Source: Squalus acanthias
Lineage: Eukaryota
DNA length: 64,000 nt
NCBI GenBank assembly: GCA_030390025.1
Contig: CM059432.1
Span: 57,228,001 to 57,292,000 of the forward strand
Reading direction: 5' to 3'
Part shown: positions 1-14,374 of the stretch, in pieces
How positions within the stretch are numbered: position 1 is the first letter of the stretch
How the letters are laid out: every line of letters begins with the position of its first letter
Notes under the pieces: model-generated
The model's input: the letters and a program-made list of their open reading frames with translations, nothing else
What the model was told of the DNA's origin: nothing
Databases searched by the model: none
Made by a program: the position numbers and the translations under genes

Positions 1-362
1 ACCGATGATGCTGAGGCCAGCCCCGATCTTCTCTCCCCTCCACCGATGATCCTGAGGCCAGCCCCGATCTTCTCTCCCCTCCACCGATGATGCTGAGGCC
101 AGCCCCGATCTTCTCTCCCCTCCACCGATGATGCTGAGGCCAGCCCCGATCTTCTCTCCCCTCCACCGATGATGCTGAGGCAGGCCTCAATCTTCTCTTC
201 CCCCCCACCGATGATGCTGAGGCCAGCCCCGATCTTCTCTCCCCCTCCACCGATGATGCTGAGGCCAGCCCCGATCTTCTCTCCCCTCCACCGATGATGC
301 TGAGGCAGGCCTCGATCTTCTCTCCCCCTCCACCGATGATGCTGAGGCCAGCCCCGATCTTC
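1..362. repeat. Minisatellite, ~40-42 bp unit (ACCGATGATGCTGAGGCCAGCCCCGATCTTCTCTCCCCTCC), ~9 copies, runs off the window start
   Basis: Unit visibly repeated. Probably lies inside a Harbinger-type MITE whose right end (AAAATCCAGCCC) is near 647. Confidence 0.9.
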
Positions 363-1199
363 CCTTCCCCTCCCACGATCCTCCGGTGGCCGGATACGGT
401 GTTCCCTCCCCCCCGATCCTCCGGCCCCGATCCTCTCTCCCCCCCCCCACCCATCCTCCGTCGGCCGACCCCAGCCCCCACTCGATCCCTCCCTCCCTCC
501 TCTGTGTGGCCTAATGCCGCAGGCCTACCTGCCCTGAGCCAGCCAGCCTCTCCATCTGGCTGGTCATTCTACTGGGTTTCCTGCCCGCCCGCCCACCTCG
601 GATTCCCCCCCACCCCCCAACCCGCCTTCCCCATTAAAATCCAGCCCAGTGTTTCAGTGCAGTTGCTCATGTAATGTTTGTTAGTTCCCTAACTTTCTCC
701 CAATGTCTTCTGAAGGCATGACTGACACTAGGGTATGGTTCCATACATGCTGACTTCCCTGAGGTTATTCATGTGAATGGTCCTACTTCTTGTCTAAACT
801 AACGTGTAAACTAATGTGTAAACATTGGCCCAGAATTTGCTGAAAAAATAACGGCGTGTGAATGATGGACACCGTCATTAATGTGCAAATCAGCCAGCAA
901 CTTGTGGCGCGGAAGAGATGTCCCGTGAATTACGAATCGCCACAAATTTCTGGATGATTTGCACTAATCCACCGTAGCTTGCAAGTAATGACATTAGTTG
1001 GGGTTATTGTCATTGCCTGTCTAAGAGTGGATCACTCTTGCTGGTCTGCATTCTTCTCCTGTGAGGTGGTTTGAGTGTTTCGGGGGTGGCCTGTCGGGGT
1101 ACAAAGCCAAGTGAGTCTCCAATAATGGGCTTGGTATTTCTACAGTCCCAGATGGAAGTCAAACATCACCTGCTAGAATTGGGATTTGTCACACATTTC

Positions 1200-1745
1200 A
1201 CCATCTACAAGGCACAAGTAAGGAGTGTGATGGAATACTCTCCACTTGCCTGGATGAGTGCGGCTCCAACAACACTCAAGAAGCTCAACACCATCCAGGA
1301 CAAAGCAGCCCGCTTGATTGGCACCCCATCCACCACCTTAAACATTCACTCTCTGCACCACCGGCGTACCGTGGCTGCAGTATGTACCATCTACAGGATG
1401 CACTGCAGCAACTCGCCAAGGCTTCTTCGGCAGCACCTCCCAAAACCGCGACCTCTTCCACTTAGAAGGACAAGGGCAGCAGGCGCATGGGAACACCACC
1501 ATCTCCAAGTTCCCCTCCAAATCACACACCATCCTGACTTAGAAGTATATCGCCGATCCTTCATCGTCGCTGGGTCAAAATCCTGGAACTCCCTACCTAA
1601 CAGCACTGTGGGAGTACCTTCACCACATGGACTGCAGTGGTTCAAGAAGGCAGCTCACCACCACCTTCTCAAGGGCAATTAGGGATGGGCAATAAATGCT
1701 GGCCTTGCCAATGATGCCCACATCCCACAAATGAATAAAAAAAAA
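1200..1745 (+). mobile_element. 3' fragment of CR1-superclade LINE, family B
   Basis: RT C-terminal peptide YKAQVRSVMEYSPLAWMSAAPTTLKKL, then 3' UTR ending GAATAAAAAAAAA. Same sequence recurs at 8608, 29964, 56990 and 63088. Confidence 0.85.
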
Positions 1746-3715
1746 CCACAGGTGCTTCAGCTTTATGCTTGTGTGCAGAGGGGTGGAGATGTGGATGTAT
1801 TTCACCATAGTGGAAGGCTGCACCTTTCTTGCAGTTAGTACTAATAGCAATGCATGTCCTGATTTTGATCCTGGAGTTAAAAAAGGGTTCACCAAACAAA
1901 CCAATTCTTTCACTAGAGCCATATTCTATTTTTCTACCAGCTACTAATTTCACCTTGACCAGGATGACCTAAATTACTACCTCTAGATTTCATACTTCCT
2001 CCAAAATCCAGTAATATTTCTCAAACTCTGACATGAGATGATCCCTGGAACTGCCCAGATTTTGGGGTCAGTAGCGAAGTGACAGCACTCGCTGATGACC
2101 TCGAAGAAAGCTGCCCACAAACTTTTAGTGGGTTCTGTGGCATCAATTTCACCTTTCCCAATGTTTATTTCATTCTGGAGTCATCTATAAGGGTTCTCTG
2201 GCGTCCAGCAACAGTGTTGTCGTCAAGCAGGCTAAGCAGCCAATCACATTGAGGAATTATCACAGGCAGCAAACCAGGAAGTAAAAAGTAGGTTTTATTA
2301 TTCACTTTCTATAATTTTACATAAAGCAAAATAAAGATTGGTATATACGCATGGGATTAAGGTAGAAGCTGAAATAACATAAATAAACTTTTTAAAAATC
2401 AAATAAAAATTAATTTTTATTATTTAAAAAATCTATGCAATTTTATTATGGAATGGAGAAAATAACACTCTACAAATATAAAATTAGTTTTTCAGGGCCA
2501 GAGAAGCTGTTCATCAGTAATTATGACTTATTACACCGTTAATAGCTTACGTTTTTGGAGCGATTTTACTGCGAGATTAGAGTGTAAAAAGTGGAAGTTC
2601 ACGTCAATTCAGTGATTTCTAATTGATTTCTGTCTGCGAGGACTGCAACAGCGTACCCTGTGGAGGATCAGGGTATCACTGACAGCAACTTCAGGATTTA
2701 AATGCGCATGTGCAGACTCCAGAAGTTGCTGTCAGTTTTACAGAGTAATGATGGTGAACACTGAAAGTTTTGCCATCATTACAACTGCAAATTCATGGCC
2801 AATGTCTATTCCCCAGCAGCCCCCACCCCTAGACACATCTGCATCCTATGCACTATGTTAATCTTCATGGCAGAAGAAAACACATTAAACATGATGAGTT
2901 GCTTTGGAACAAGACTTAAGTCTTTGGTTAATGTAAGAGGACTGGTCAGAGGTTTGGAGACAGACCCTCAACATTACCACCTTCAGCAAAATACGCAAGG
3001 GCCAAGTCAAGATCATACATCGTAAGGACTGTGCATACCACATTCGCACAAGCTCCACAAATTTAACTCCACCATATTAGACAATTTCAGCATCGTATTG
3101 CATTGAAAAAGTGTCAGCAGTAATATCAAATATTTGGCCAATCTAGTGAGTGCGAATTCTGATCCATGAAAAAGGGCATTCAGCACATCAATTCATTTTG
3201 CTTATTAATCTCTATGGCCAGCTAAAAAGATAAGGCCTCCATTACCCATTAATTTGAACTGGGTTCAAATGAAAGGACAACATTCCAAACCATTGTGCCA
3301 CCAAATCCCTATCCTGGCAGTTGTTTAAAAAAAAATCTGGTGAAAGCTTAGTGAAAACCTGAGCCACTAGGCATAGGTCTCAGAGATGTATGCTAGTTAG
3401 TAACCACTCAGTAATTTTATTGGGATAATAGCCAATTACAGCAGTCTTTGAGTACTAAAGTTTCCCTTTCTAGGATAATTCATAAATGCTTCTTATCTGA
3501 AACATATAAGAATGACATCTTGGTAAGTCATAAATGCTCCACGTTACAATTACAGCACAAACTGCAACTGATATTTATAAGTAATATTGTCTGTGAAATA
3601 CTAAGTAACCTTTTTGATATGATGCCTCAACTTCAAAAACAAATTATATTAATAAATATCCTTGAAGTTGATAAACATAAACATAAGTCACTTATCACTT
3701 GGAGGGTGCGAGTCT

Positions 3716-4450
3716 AGGTGGGGTAGAGGGATCTAGGAGTACAAATACACAAATCACTAAAAGTTGCGACACAGGTTAGCAAGACCATAAAAAAAGCAAA
3801 CCAAGCACTAGGGTTTATTTCTAGAGGGATAGAATTGAAAAGTAGGGAAGTTATGCTAAACCTGTATCGAACCTTGGTTAGACCACACTTAGAGTACTGC
3901 GTGCAGTTCTGGTCGCCATATTATAGGAGAGAGGTGGAGGCACTGGAGAGGGTGCAGAGAAGATTTACAAGGATGATACCAGAAATGCGAGGGTATACAT
4001 ATCAGGAAAGGATGTAACAGGCTGGGTCTCTTTTCTCTTGAAAAAAGAAGGCTGAGGGGTGACCTAATGGAGGTCTTTAAAATTATGAAACATTTTGATA
4101 GAGTGGATACAGAGATAATGTTTCCACTTGTGGGGAAGAGCATAACTAGAAGTCATTAATATAAGATAGTCACCAAGAAATCCAATACGGAATTCAGAAG
4201 AAACTTCTTTACCCAAAGAGTGGTGAGAATGTGGAACTCACTACCACAGGGAGTGGTTGAAGTGAATAGTATAGATGAATTTAAGGGGAGGCTAGAGAAG
4301 CATATGAGGGAAAAAGGTGTAGAGGGTTATGCTGATAGAGTTAGATGAGGAAAGATGGGAGGAGGCTCGTGTGGAGCATAAATGCCGGCATGGACTGGTT
4401 GGGCCGAATGGCCTGTTTCTGAGCCGTATATCCTATGTAATCCTATGTAA
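3716..4450 (+). mobile_element. CR1 LINE 3' fragment
   Basis: LYRTLVRPHLEYCVQFWSP motif and (ATCCTATGTA)2 tail. Confidence 0.9.
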
Positions 4451-5097
4451 AGAAAATACTGGCAAGAAAAGAATGTATGGCTTCTTCACGTCACAGCCTA
4501 CTGTTAGTCTCTTCTGTGCAATTTTATATTTTTACCTCTCCATTGCTCTCCATTGTTCTATTCAGTCATTTATTTTTCAATAGCTGAAAATACTCTGTGG
4601 TATCGCAGTACCATTTCATCATGATCGAAAGGCCAAATTAATTTTAGACATGTGGCTTCTTAGGCAACATTAAATGAAACGATATGTCATTCAGCAAGCC
4701 AATGAAATAAAAACTTTATTAATAACTCTAAGGACTAGATTTATGACAAAGTTAATTAAAGAGACAAAATAGATAATGGTTTCATTAATAATGTTATTTC
4801 ATAGCATCACTCTGATCATTATTGTCCCTTGGAAGCCATTAGTGAACTGTAAGATTGCTTGGTAGGGGAATGGCTACTTAGGGCCCTATAAAACTGTAGT
4901 CCCATGAAAAGTAATGTTACAGATTGTCTCGCTGGATTACATGGAGAGGAATGTATAAGGCAGGCTACAAATGGATATATTCTTTCTAAAATTGGTAGGC
5001 CCTTGCTAGAATACTCTCTGATACAGTCTGACTACAGATTGTTCATAGGTCCCTCAATGATACTCATACAATGTAAGGGACACTCATGTTATAATTA

Positions 5098-5265
5098 AAC
5101 TTTCAAAACTTTCAAAAGGTAATTGGATAAATACATGAAAAGGAACAATTTTCAGGGCTATGGGGAAAGAGCAGGGGAGTGGGACTAATTGGATAGCTCT
5201 TTCAAAGAGCTGGCACTGGCACGATGGGCCGAATGGCCTCCTTCTGCACTGTATGATTCTATGCT
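5098..5265 (+). mobile_element. CR1 LINE 3' UTR fragment
   Basis: GGGCCGAATGGCCTCCTTCTG followed by ATTCTATG tail, shared with other CR1 copies. Confidence 0.75.
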
Positions 5266-5499
5266 ATCTTCAAAACATGCTCAAAATATAGTAATATAGG
5301 AAGGGTCCAATCTTTAGATGCATATTTCTATCTCATTACATTTTATCATTGCTATTTCCTCATGTTAGATCAGCCAATGCAGCCTCCAATGCTGACTTGC
5401 TTTCTCTAGCTAGAACAACAGGATTGCATAAGCCTTGGACTTCCTGTTGACCACCATCAATGCAATTATGTAATCTGCTAGCAGAGTGGGGTGCTTCAT

Positions 5500-7260
5500 G
5501 AGGGCCGATTAGAGACCAAAAAGTTAACCTATGTGTGGAGGCGGAAGATGTGGGTATGGTTCTTAATGAATACTTTGCATCTGTCTTCACAAAAGAGAGG
5601 GACGATGCAGACATTGCAGTTAAGGAGGAGGAGTGTGAAATATTAGATGGAATAAACATAGAGAGAGAGGAAGTATTAAGAGGTTTAGCATTTTTGAAAG
5701 TTGATAATCACCAGGTCTGGATGAAATGTATCCCCAGGCTGTTAAGAGAGGCCAGGGAGGAAATAGCAGAGGCTCTGACCATCATTTTCCAGTCCTGTCT
5801 GGCTGCAGGCTTGGTGCCAGAGGACTGGAGGACTGCTAACATTGTGCCATTGTTTAAAAAGGGAGAAAGGGATAGATCGAGTAATGACAGGCCAGTCAGC
5901 CTAACCTTGTTGGTAGGAAAATTATTGGACAAAATTCTGAGGGACAGTATAAATCGTCATTTAGAACGTCATGGATTAATCAAGGACAGTCAGCATGGTT
6001 TTGTTAAGGGAAGGTCATGTCTGACTAACTTGATTGAATTTTTTGAGGAGGTAACAAGGAGGGTTGATGAGGGTAGTGCATTTGATGTAGTCTACATGGA
6101 TTTTAGCAAGACCTTTGACAAGGTCCCACATGGCAGGTTGGTCAAAAAAGTAAAAACCCATGGGATCCAAGGGAAAGTGGCAAGTTGGATCCAAAATTGG
6201 ATCAGTGGCAGGAAGCAAAGGGTCGATGGGTGTTTTTGTGACTGGAAGGCTGTTTCCAGTGGGGTTCCACAGGGCTCAGTACTAGGTCCCTTGCTTTTTG
6301 TGGTATATATCAATAATTTAGACTTCAGTGTAGGGGGCATGATTAAGAAGTTTGCAGATGATACAAAAATTGGCCATCTGTTTGATAGTGAGGAAGATAG
6401 CTGTAGACTACAGGAAGTTATCAATGGACTGGTCAGGTGGGCAGAAAAGTGGCAAATGAAATTCAATCCAGAGAAGTGTGAGGTAATGCATTTGGGGAGG
6501 GCTAACAAGGCAAGGGAATACACAATCAATGGCAGGATACTGAGAAGCCTAGAGGAACAGAGGGACTTTGGACTGCATGTCCACAGATCCCTGAAGGTAG
6601 CAGGACAGGTAGATAAGGTGGTTAAGAAGGCATACAGGATACTTTCCTTTGTTAGCCGAGACATAGAATATAAGAGCGGTGAGGTTATGTTAGAACTGTA
6701 TAAAACACTAGTTAGGCCACAGCTACAGTACTGCGTACAGTTCTGGTCACCACATTATAGGAAAAATGTGATTTCACTAGAGAGGTTACAGAGGAGCTTT
6801 ACGAGGATGTTGCCAGGACTGGAGAATTTTAGCTATGAGGGAAGATTGGATAGGCTGGGGTTGTTTTCCTTGGAACAGAGAAGGCTGAGGGGAGACTTAA
6901 TTGAGCTGTATAAAATTATGAGGGGCCTAGATAGAGTGGATAGGAAGCATCTATTTCCCTTAGCAGAGAGGTCAATAACCAAGGGGCATAGATTTAAAGT
7001 AATTGGTAGAAGGATTAGAGGGGAGTTGAGGAGACTTTTTTCACCCAGAGGGTGGTGGGGGTCTGGAACTCACTGCCTGAAAGGGTGGTAGAGGCAGAAA
7101 CCCTCATCACATTTAAGAAGCGCTTGAGGTGCCGCTAACTGTAAGACTACGGACCAAAAGCTGGAAAGTGGGATTAGGCTCTTTTTCGACTGGCGCAGAT
7201 ACGATGGGCTGAATGGCCTCCTTCTGTGCCATAAATTTCTATGATTCTATGATTCTATGA
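5500..7260 (+). mobile_element. 5'-truncated CR1 LINE with RT ORF (5535-7091)
   Basis: 518-aa ORF with QHGF, YMDFSKTFDKVPH, SGVPQGSVLGP and FADD motifs, plus (TTCTATGA)n tail. Confidence 0.95.
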
Positions 7261-8607
7261 GGTTGTGGAATTAGAAGAGGGAATGAGGAATGTACTGGAT
7301 TTGTAATTTTTTTCCTTCTAAGGTGAAGCTCAGTGTTTTTCTGAATATTGTGTTTATTGGCTCAGCAAAGAGCTGGGAAGACTTTCTCAATGAGGACAGT
7401 TACGCTCAAGTGCCAGGCAAAGCTGGGATTTAAATTTATAACACTCTGTAGTCCATTCATCATGCCTGCCTCCCTCACAGTACAACAAACAAACTAAAAA
7501 TACTCTCTGAAGCAAAAAGTTCAATCCTGTCCTGCTCTGGCTATTGATTTTTATCCAATTTTGAACTAGTAAACTGTGTATAAATTTAATAGCTATTAAA
7601 ATTATAATGTACCTTTAGCTGATTAAAAATATCATGCTTGGTGAAAATGAGCTCAGGCAATTTGTGTAACATAAAACAATTCAATTAGAATATTAACATT
7701 GAAATGTCAAATCACTAAGGCAACCGATGTAGAGTTAAAATTAGATTTGGCAAGTTTAGCATATGATAATTTATAGATATATTTCTGGACTATACAGTTT
7801 CCTGCTTCATAACAAATAAAACATTGCAAAATATAGAATTTAGTATACAAAAGGTGAAGTAAAAATAAGCTGGAGCGTGATAGTGGCAAATCCTGTACCA
7901 CAAGGCTGTGTACACCTATGCTACATTACTATCAGCAGTATTGCCCTAGGTTCTACGTCACGCAATGGAAATTCTTATCTGGATAAGGGAAACAGAACAT
8001 TTTTCATATAAAAATAATAAATCACTGTCCTTTAGACTAGTCATAAAATGTGTACTGTATTCTTCACCTCAAAATAACAAGGTGCTAACAGAAAACTGTA
8101 ATATTTGCATTCTCTCTATTCTTTAGATTGTACACTCTCTGCCTTTGTCTTTCTCTCTCAAGCACACACTCACAAACACACAAACACATTCATAGTCACT
8201 GACATACACAGATACACACACAGACTCAAAATACACCTGATCTCACACAAAACTTTCTCGCATATGCAGTCATGACACATATCGACAAACCCACTCAGAC
8301 ACAGTCACTGATCCATACAAACTCACAAATGCCCACTCACAAATGCACAGACTACAAAAATTAAATATTATACACTATAGTTGTTTGCCTGAACTTAGCA
8401 TTGAGAATAATGGTGAGGCTAACAGTGCTCACTGTTATTATGGAGTAAATCGGACAGCAACTTACGGAGTACACACATGCGCAGTTAAACGTGGAAATCC
8501 GGAAGTTGCAGTCTGAGATACCCTGCTACTCCACAGGCTGTGCTATAATAGAACCTTGTCGATAGATTCAGCATTGAAATCAATGTAAGGGCATGAAGTT
8601 GTGGTAC

Positions 8608-11600
8608 TTTTTTATTCATTCATGGGATGTGGACGTCGCTGGTAAGGCCAGCATTTATTCCCCATCCCTAATTGCTCTTGAGACGGTGGTGATGAGCCGC
8701 CTTCTTGAACCTCTGCAGTCCGTGTGATGAAGGTACTCCCACAGTGCTGTTAGGGAGGGAGTTCAAGGATTTTGACCCAGCAACGATGAAGGAATGCGAT
8801 ATATTTCCAAGTCAGGATGGTGTGTGATTTGAAGAGAAACTTGGAGGTGGTGGTGTTCCCATGTGCCTGCTGCTCTTGTCCTTCTAGGTAGTAGAGGTCG
8901 CGGCTTTGGGAGGTGCTGTCGAAGACGCCTTGGCGAGTTGCTGCAGTGCATCTTGTAGATGGTACACACTGCAGCCCCGGTACGCCGGTGGTGAAGGGAG
9001 TGAATGTTTAAGGTGGTGGATGGAGTGCCAATCAAAGTGGGCTGATTTGTCCTAGATGGTGTTGAGCTTCTTGAGTGTTGTTGGAGCTGCACTCATCCAG
9101 GCAAGTGGAGAGTATTCCATCACACTCCTAACTTGTGCCTTTTAGATGCTGGAAAGGCTTTGGGGAGTCAGGAGGTGAGCCACTCGCCGCAGAATACCCA
9201 GCCTCTGACCTGCTCCTATAGCCACAGTATTTATGTGGCTGGTCCAGTTAAGTTTCTGGTCAATGGTGGGGGATTCTGCGATGGTAATGCCGTTGAATGT
9301 CAAGGGGCGGTGGTTCATCTCTCTCTTGTTGCAGATGGTCATTGCCTGGCACTTGTGTGGTACAAATGTTACTTGCCACTTATCAGCCCAAGCCTGAATG
9401 TTGCCAAGATCTTGCTGCTTGTGGGCATGGACTGTTTCACTATCTGAGGAGTTGCAAATGGAACTGACTACTGTGCAGTCATCAGCGAACATCCCCACTT
9501 CTGACCTTATGATGGAGGGATGGTCATTGATGAAGCAGCTGAAGATGGTTAGGCCTAGGACACTGCCCTGATGAACTCCTGCAGTGATGTCCTGGCGCTG
9601 AGAAGATTGGCCTCCATCAACCACCTTCCTTTGTGCTAGGTATGACTCTAGCCAGTGAAGAGTTCCCCCCCCGATTCCCATTGACTTCAGTTTTACTAGG
9701 GCTCCTTGATGCCACCCTCGGTCAAATGCTGCCTTGATGTCAAGGGCAGTCACTCTCACCTCACCTCTGAAATTCATCAATTTTGTCCATTTTTGAACCA
9801 AAGCTGTGATGAAGTCTGGAGCAGAGTGGTCCTGGCAGAACCCAAATTGAGCATCGGTGAGCAGTTGCTGCTTGATGGCACTGTCGATGACACCTTCCAT
9901 CACTTTGCTGATGTTTGAGAGTGGACTGATGGGGTGGTAATTGGCTGGATTGGATTTGCCCTGCTTTTTGTGGACAGGACATACCTGGGCAATCTTCCAC
10001 TTTGTAGGGTAGATGCCAGTCTTGTAGCTGTACTAGAACAGCTTGGCTAGAGGTGCGGCTAGTTCCGGAGCACGTCTTCAGCACTACAACTGGGATGTTG
10101 TCGGGGCTCATAGCCTTTGCTGTGTCCAGTGGCTCAGCTGTTTCTTGATATTAGGTGGAATGAATCGAATTGTCTGAAGACTGGCTTCTGTGATGGTGGG
10201 GACCTCAGGATGAGGCCGAGATAGATCATCCCCTTGGCACTTCTGCCTGAAGATTGTCACAAACACTTCAGCCTTGTCTTTTGCACTCACATGCTGGTGA
10301 TTGTTCATGGAGCCTCCTCCTCCCGTTAGTTGTTTAATTGTCCACCACCATTCATGACTGTTGTGGCAGAACTGCAGAGCTTTGATCTGAACCGTTGGTT
10401 GTGGGATCGCTTAGCTCTGTCTATAGCATGCTGCTTCCGCTGTTTAGAATGCATATAGTCAGTCCTGTGTTGTAGCTTCACCAGGTTGGCACCTCATTTT
10501 TAGGTACGCCTGGTGCTGCTCCTGGCATGCTCTTCTACACTCCTCATTGAACTAGGGTTGGTCCCCTTGCTTGATGGTAATGGTAGAGTGAGGGACATGC
10601 CGGGTTATGTGAGGTTACAGATTGTGGTGGAATACAATTCTGCTGCTGCTGATGGCTCACAGCGCTTCATGGATGCCCAGTTTTGAGCTGCTAGATCTGT
10701 TCTGAATCTATCCCATTTAGCACGGTGGTAGTGCCACACAACATGATGGAAGGTGTCCTGAGTGGGAAGACGAGACATCGTCTCCACAAGGACTGTGCGG
10801 TGGTCACTCCTACCAATACTGTCATGGACAGATGCATCTGCAACAGGTAGATTGGTGAGGACGAGGTCAAGTAGGTTTTTCCCTTGTGTTGGTTCTCTCA
10901 CCATCTGCCGCAGTCCAGTCTGGCACGTATGTCCTGCAGGACTCAGCCAGCTCGGTCAGTAGTGGTGCTACCGAGTCACTCTTGGTGATGGACATTGAAG
11001 TCCCCCACCCAGAGTACATTCCGTGCCCTTGCTGCCCTCAGTGCTTCTTCAAAGTAATGTTCAATATAGAGGAGTACTGATTCATCAGCTGAGGGAGCGC
11101 AGTAGGTGGTAATCAGCTGGAGGTTTCCATGCCCATGTTTGACCTGATGCCGTGAGACTTCATGGGGTCCAGAGTCATTGTTGAGGACTGCCAGAGCCAC
11201 TCCCTCCTGACTGTATACCACTGTGCCGCCACCTCTGGTGGGTCTGTCCTGCTGGTGGGACAGGACATACCCAGGGATATTGGTGGAGGAGTTTGGGACA
11301 TTGGCTGAAAGGTATGATTCTGAGAGTATGACTATGTCAGGCTGTAGCTCTCCCAATTTGACACAAGTCCCCAGATGTTAGTGAGGAGGACTTTGCAGGG
11401 TCGACTGGCCTTTTTCTAGGTCGATGCCGGGTGGTTTGTCTGGTTTTATTCTTATTATTGCAATGGTTTGATATAACTGAGTGGCTTGCTCGGCCATTTC
11501 AGAGGGCAATTAATAGTCAACCACATTGCTGTGGGTCTGGAGTCACATATAGGCCAGGTAAGGACAGCAGATTTCCTTCCCTAAAGGGCTTCAGTAAACC

Positions 11601-11790
11601 AGATGTGTTTTTATGACAATTCGGTAGTTTCACGGTCACCATTACTTATACTAGCTTTTTATTCCAGATTTATTTAATTGAATTTAAATTCCCCAGCTGC
11701 CGTGGTGGCATTTGAACTCATGTCTCCAGATCAGTAGTCCAAGCCTCTGGATTCTTAGTCTAGTTAGATAACCACTATGGTGCCTTATCC
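8608..11790 (-). mobile_element. Near full-length single-ORF LINE, family B (APE endonuclease + RT, frameshifted), with tRNA-like 5' head
   Basis: APE motifs (PDIVILSES, GDFNVHH, LDLVLTN, SDH) at 10605-11356, RT motifs (LDIKAAFDR, QGSVLG, FADD) at 9142-9903, A-rich tail at 8608, ~400 bp 5' UTR and no ORF1 visible. Confidence 0.9.
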
Positions 11791-13598
11791 ACTAATTCCC
11801 CACTAAACATGCCAGAAAAAAGTTAGGGTTGGTGCATTCAGGTGTAAGTGAATTTTTAACGGCGTGATAAGTCAAACAACCTTTCTGGTCCTGAAAATTA
11901 AATTTTACTGGTGTGGAGTCTCATTCCTTCAGAATTGAATTAGTGTTGGAGATTTAAAAAAAATCATTTTTTTTAAAACTTTTTCTGTCTGTCTCTTTTA
12001 TCTCTCTCTCTTAATCCCATCTTTTGTTCCCTCTCTTTAATTCACTTTCTGTCCATTATTTAAATCTAATTTATATTTCCTGGTTTATACTTCCTGGTTT
12101 AGACTCTGCGTGCCTCAGTGAGGATTCTTCAATCTGATTGGTTGAAGAGACACTCTGTTTCTTGACCTGCTCACAGACACCACCCTGTAGAGGGCGTGCG
12201 CTGGATCAAATGCTGGATGACAGCAAGTCTCTGCTCAAAAGCCCGCAAAAACTCTGTGGGCAGCTGCCAGAGTAGTGAACGGCGAGCGCTGTTCCTTTGC
12301 CGCTGACCACAAAATCTGGGCCATATTATATTCCTTTTAAGAAGTGATTGGCTAGCTTGTGTCTGTACATCAGTCATAAATTTTGGTTGGATTTTATTTT
12401 TTAAAATCTATCTAACTCAGATGTGTAAACAAAATCAAATTAACCACATTCCAAGACTCTTAAATTATGTACCAGCAAAATGTAATGAAGTGCTAATTTG
12501 TCTGACTGAGAAGTGTGAAAAAAGACATTAACCAGATTGCACACTTCCTTAAAATAGACGTCCTTTAAAATAAGGTTAACATCTGTGCAGAAAAAATGCA
12601 TAAATGAACATAATATGACCACATTAAACATTTCTGTGAACTTCACCGATTCAAATTTCTATCCTCTAATCTAATCAAGTCATCTCTCATCTCAGCTAAG
12701 GGCTCACATGATGTGCAGTTGAAATCGTTGACTGAATAATGCTGCCAGATACCGTTTGTAACTCACTGTGTAAATTTAATGTGCTAAATAAATCTCAAAT
12801 ATTTACCTTTTTAAAACTGAGTAATTTCTATTTTTTGCTAAAAATGTAACTTATGCTGAATCTATGATTTTGTGTTGTTTTTAAAAATCTATATTTAGGT
12901 ATGTTCGTAATTCAATTTTATTCCAATCAGTTTAGCAAAAGGATCACAAAAAATTATAGCACTCTTTCTCAATGATTCAAAATGATTTATTTGTATCTTT
13001 CATGGCTAATTATTTGCCTTAATAAGCCTTCCCATTCTTCAACCTCATCACATGTGAAAACTCATGGCAAAAACTATGGATGTCACGACTTCTCAAGAAA
13101 TGAAGATTTAAAAATTAAAAGAAAAGGGAACATGTACTCAGAAAATATATTCAGCCCTAATGTACAGTGTGCTGGCCTTTTCTTTTCTTTCTAACAAACC
13201 ATACAGTGGGCTGGTCACAGGTCCTGCAGCTGTCAACTGTCATATCCTTCGTTAACACTGACATAGCAAAAAGGAGACAGGAGTCCTAATCTGGATATTT
13301 CCTGTACAGAGGCAAAATTCGGTATTGAGACTCTATGCAAGTTCCAAATGTGATACATAAACCTTTACCCCTACCTCACTGCCCCAGTCCTAGTGATACT
13401 TTTCAATTATTAAGTATCTGGCTCAAGTCGTCCTGAACCTTCTTTAGATACCCCATCCTGACTCTGAAAGGAGGGACAGTGCAATCATAAATATATTTGT
13501 CCCGGAATGAAAGTCATGCTTTAAACAAATGCACAAACCAATCTCTGGTGATGCTGTGTTAAGCCAGTGCAGAAAATACATAGCATGTATCAAATATA

Positions 13599-14374
13599 GG
13601 CCCGTAATTTGCGGTGTAATAACAGCGAACGAATAGGGTTCGCTGTTATTACCCCTTTGAAACTGACCGCAACTTCAGGATTTAGCGCATACACATCCTA
13701 ACGTGGAAATCCTGAAGTTGCGGTCAGTCATTCACTGCTCCAACACTGGCTGCGGTATGGCCCTTCATAGCCGGCAATCAGTGTAATCAGGGAAATCAGT
13801 CAAACTGACAAAAACTTGGGCTTTTCCGTGGTAATATCGCTGTTAAATACCCCATTAAAAGTTAGACCTTGTTGGATTAGGTGTAACTAGGGTTTTAACA
13901 GTGTATTGGCTGCTAAACAAACATTATGGCCCTGAAAAACTGATTTTAATTTTGTGGAGTGTCACATTTCTCTATTATAATAAAAATTACAATTTTTAAG
14001 AAACTTTAAAATAAAATAATCTTTTTTTAAAGTTTGTTCATATTTATTTCAGGTTTACCTTTCCCCCATGTGAGAGCCTTAATCTTTGTTTTGCTCTCTA
14101 TAACATTTTTAAAAAGTCAGAATAAAAGGAGCTTCTTCACTTCCTGGTTCCCTGTCTGTGAGAATTCTGCATTGTGATTGGCTGCTTGGACAGCTTTTTG
14201 ATGTCACAGCAGCTCGCGCTATGGAATTCCCACTACACTGCACTGATCTCAACTGAAAGTCAAAAAAGCCAAACTTCTCACCACAGAGATCGCAAGAAAC
14301 ACCTCACTGGAAGGATGTTGGCCCATAATTAGCGGTGAATGTCTTTGCTTCGCCGCTGACCGCTAATTATGGAC
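13599..14374. mobile_element. PIF/Harbinger-type MITE (AT-rich core family)
   Basis: Imperfect TIRs GGCCCGTAATT...AATTATGGACC. Internal similarity to copies near 830, 2050-2800, 8400-12322 and 60262-60787. Confidence 0.6.

Noticed and set aside
1..362. Regular ~41-bp repeats resembling a CRISPR array, and the Pro-rich ORFs over them
   Set aside because: No unique spacers, vertebrate context; the ORFs are by-products of a minisatellite
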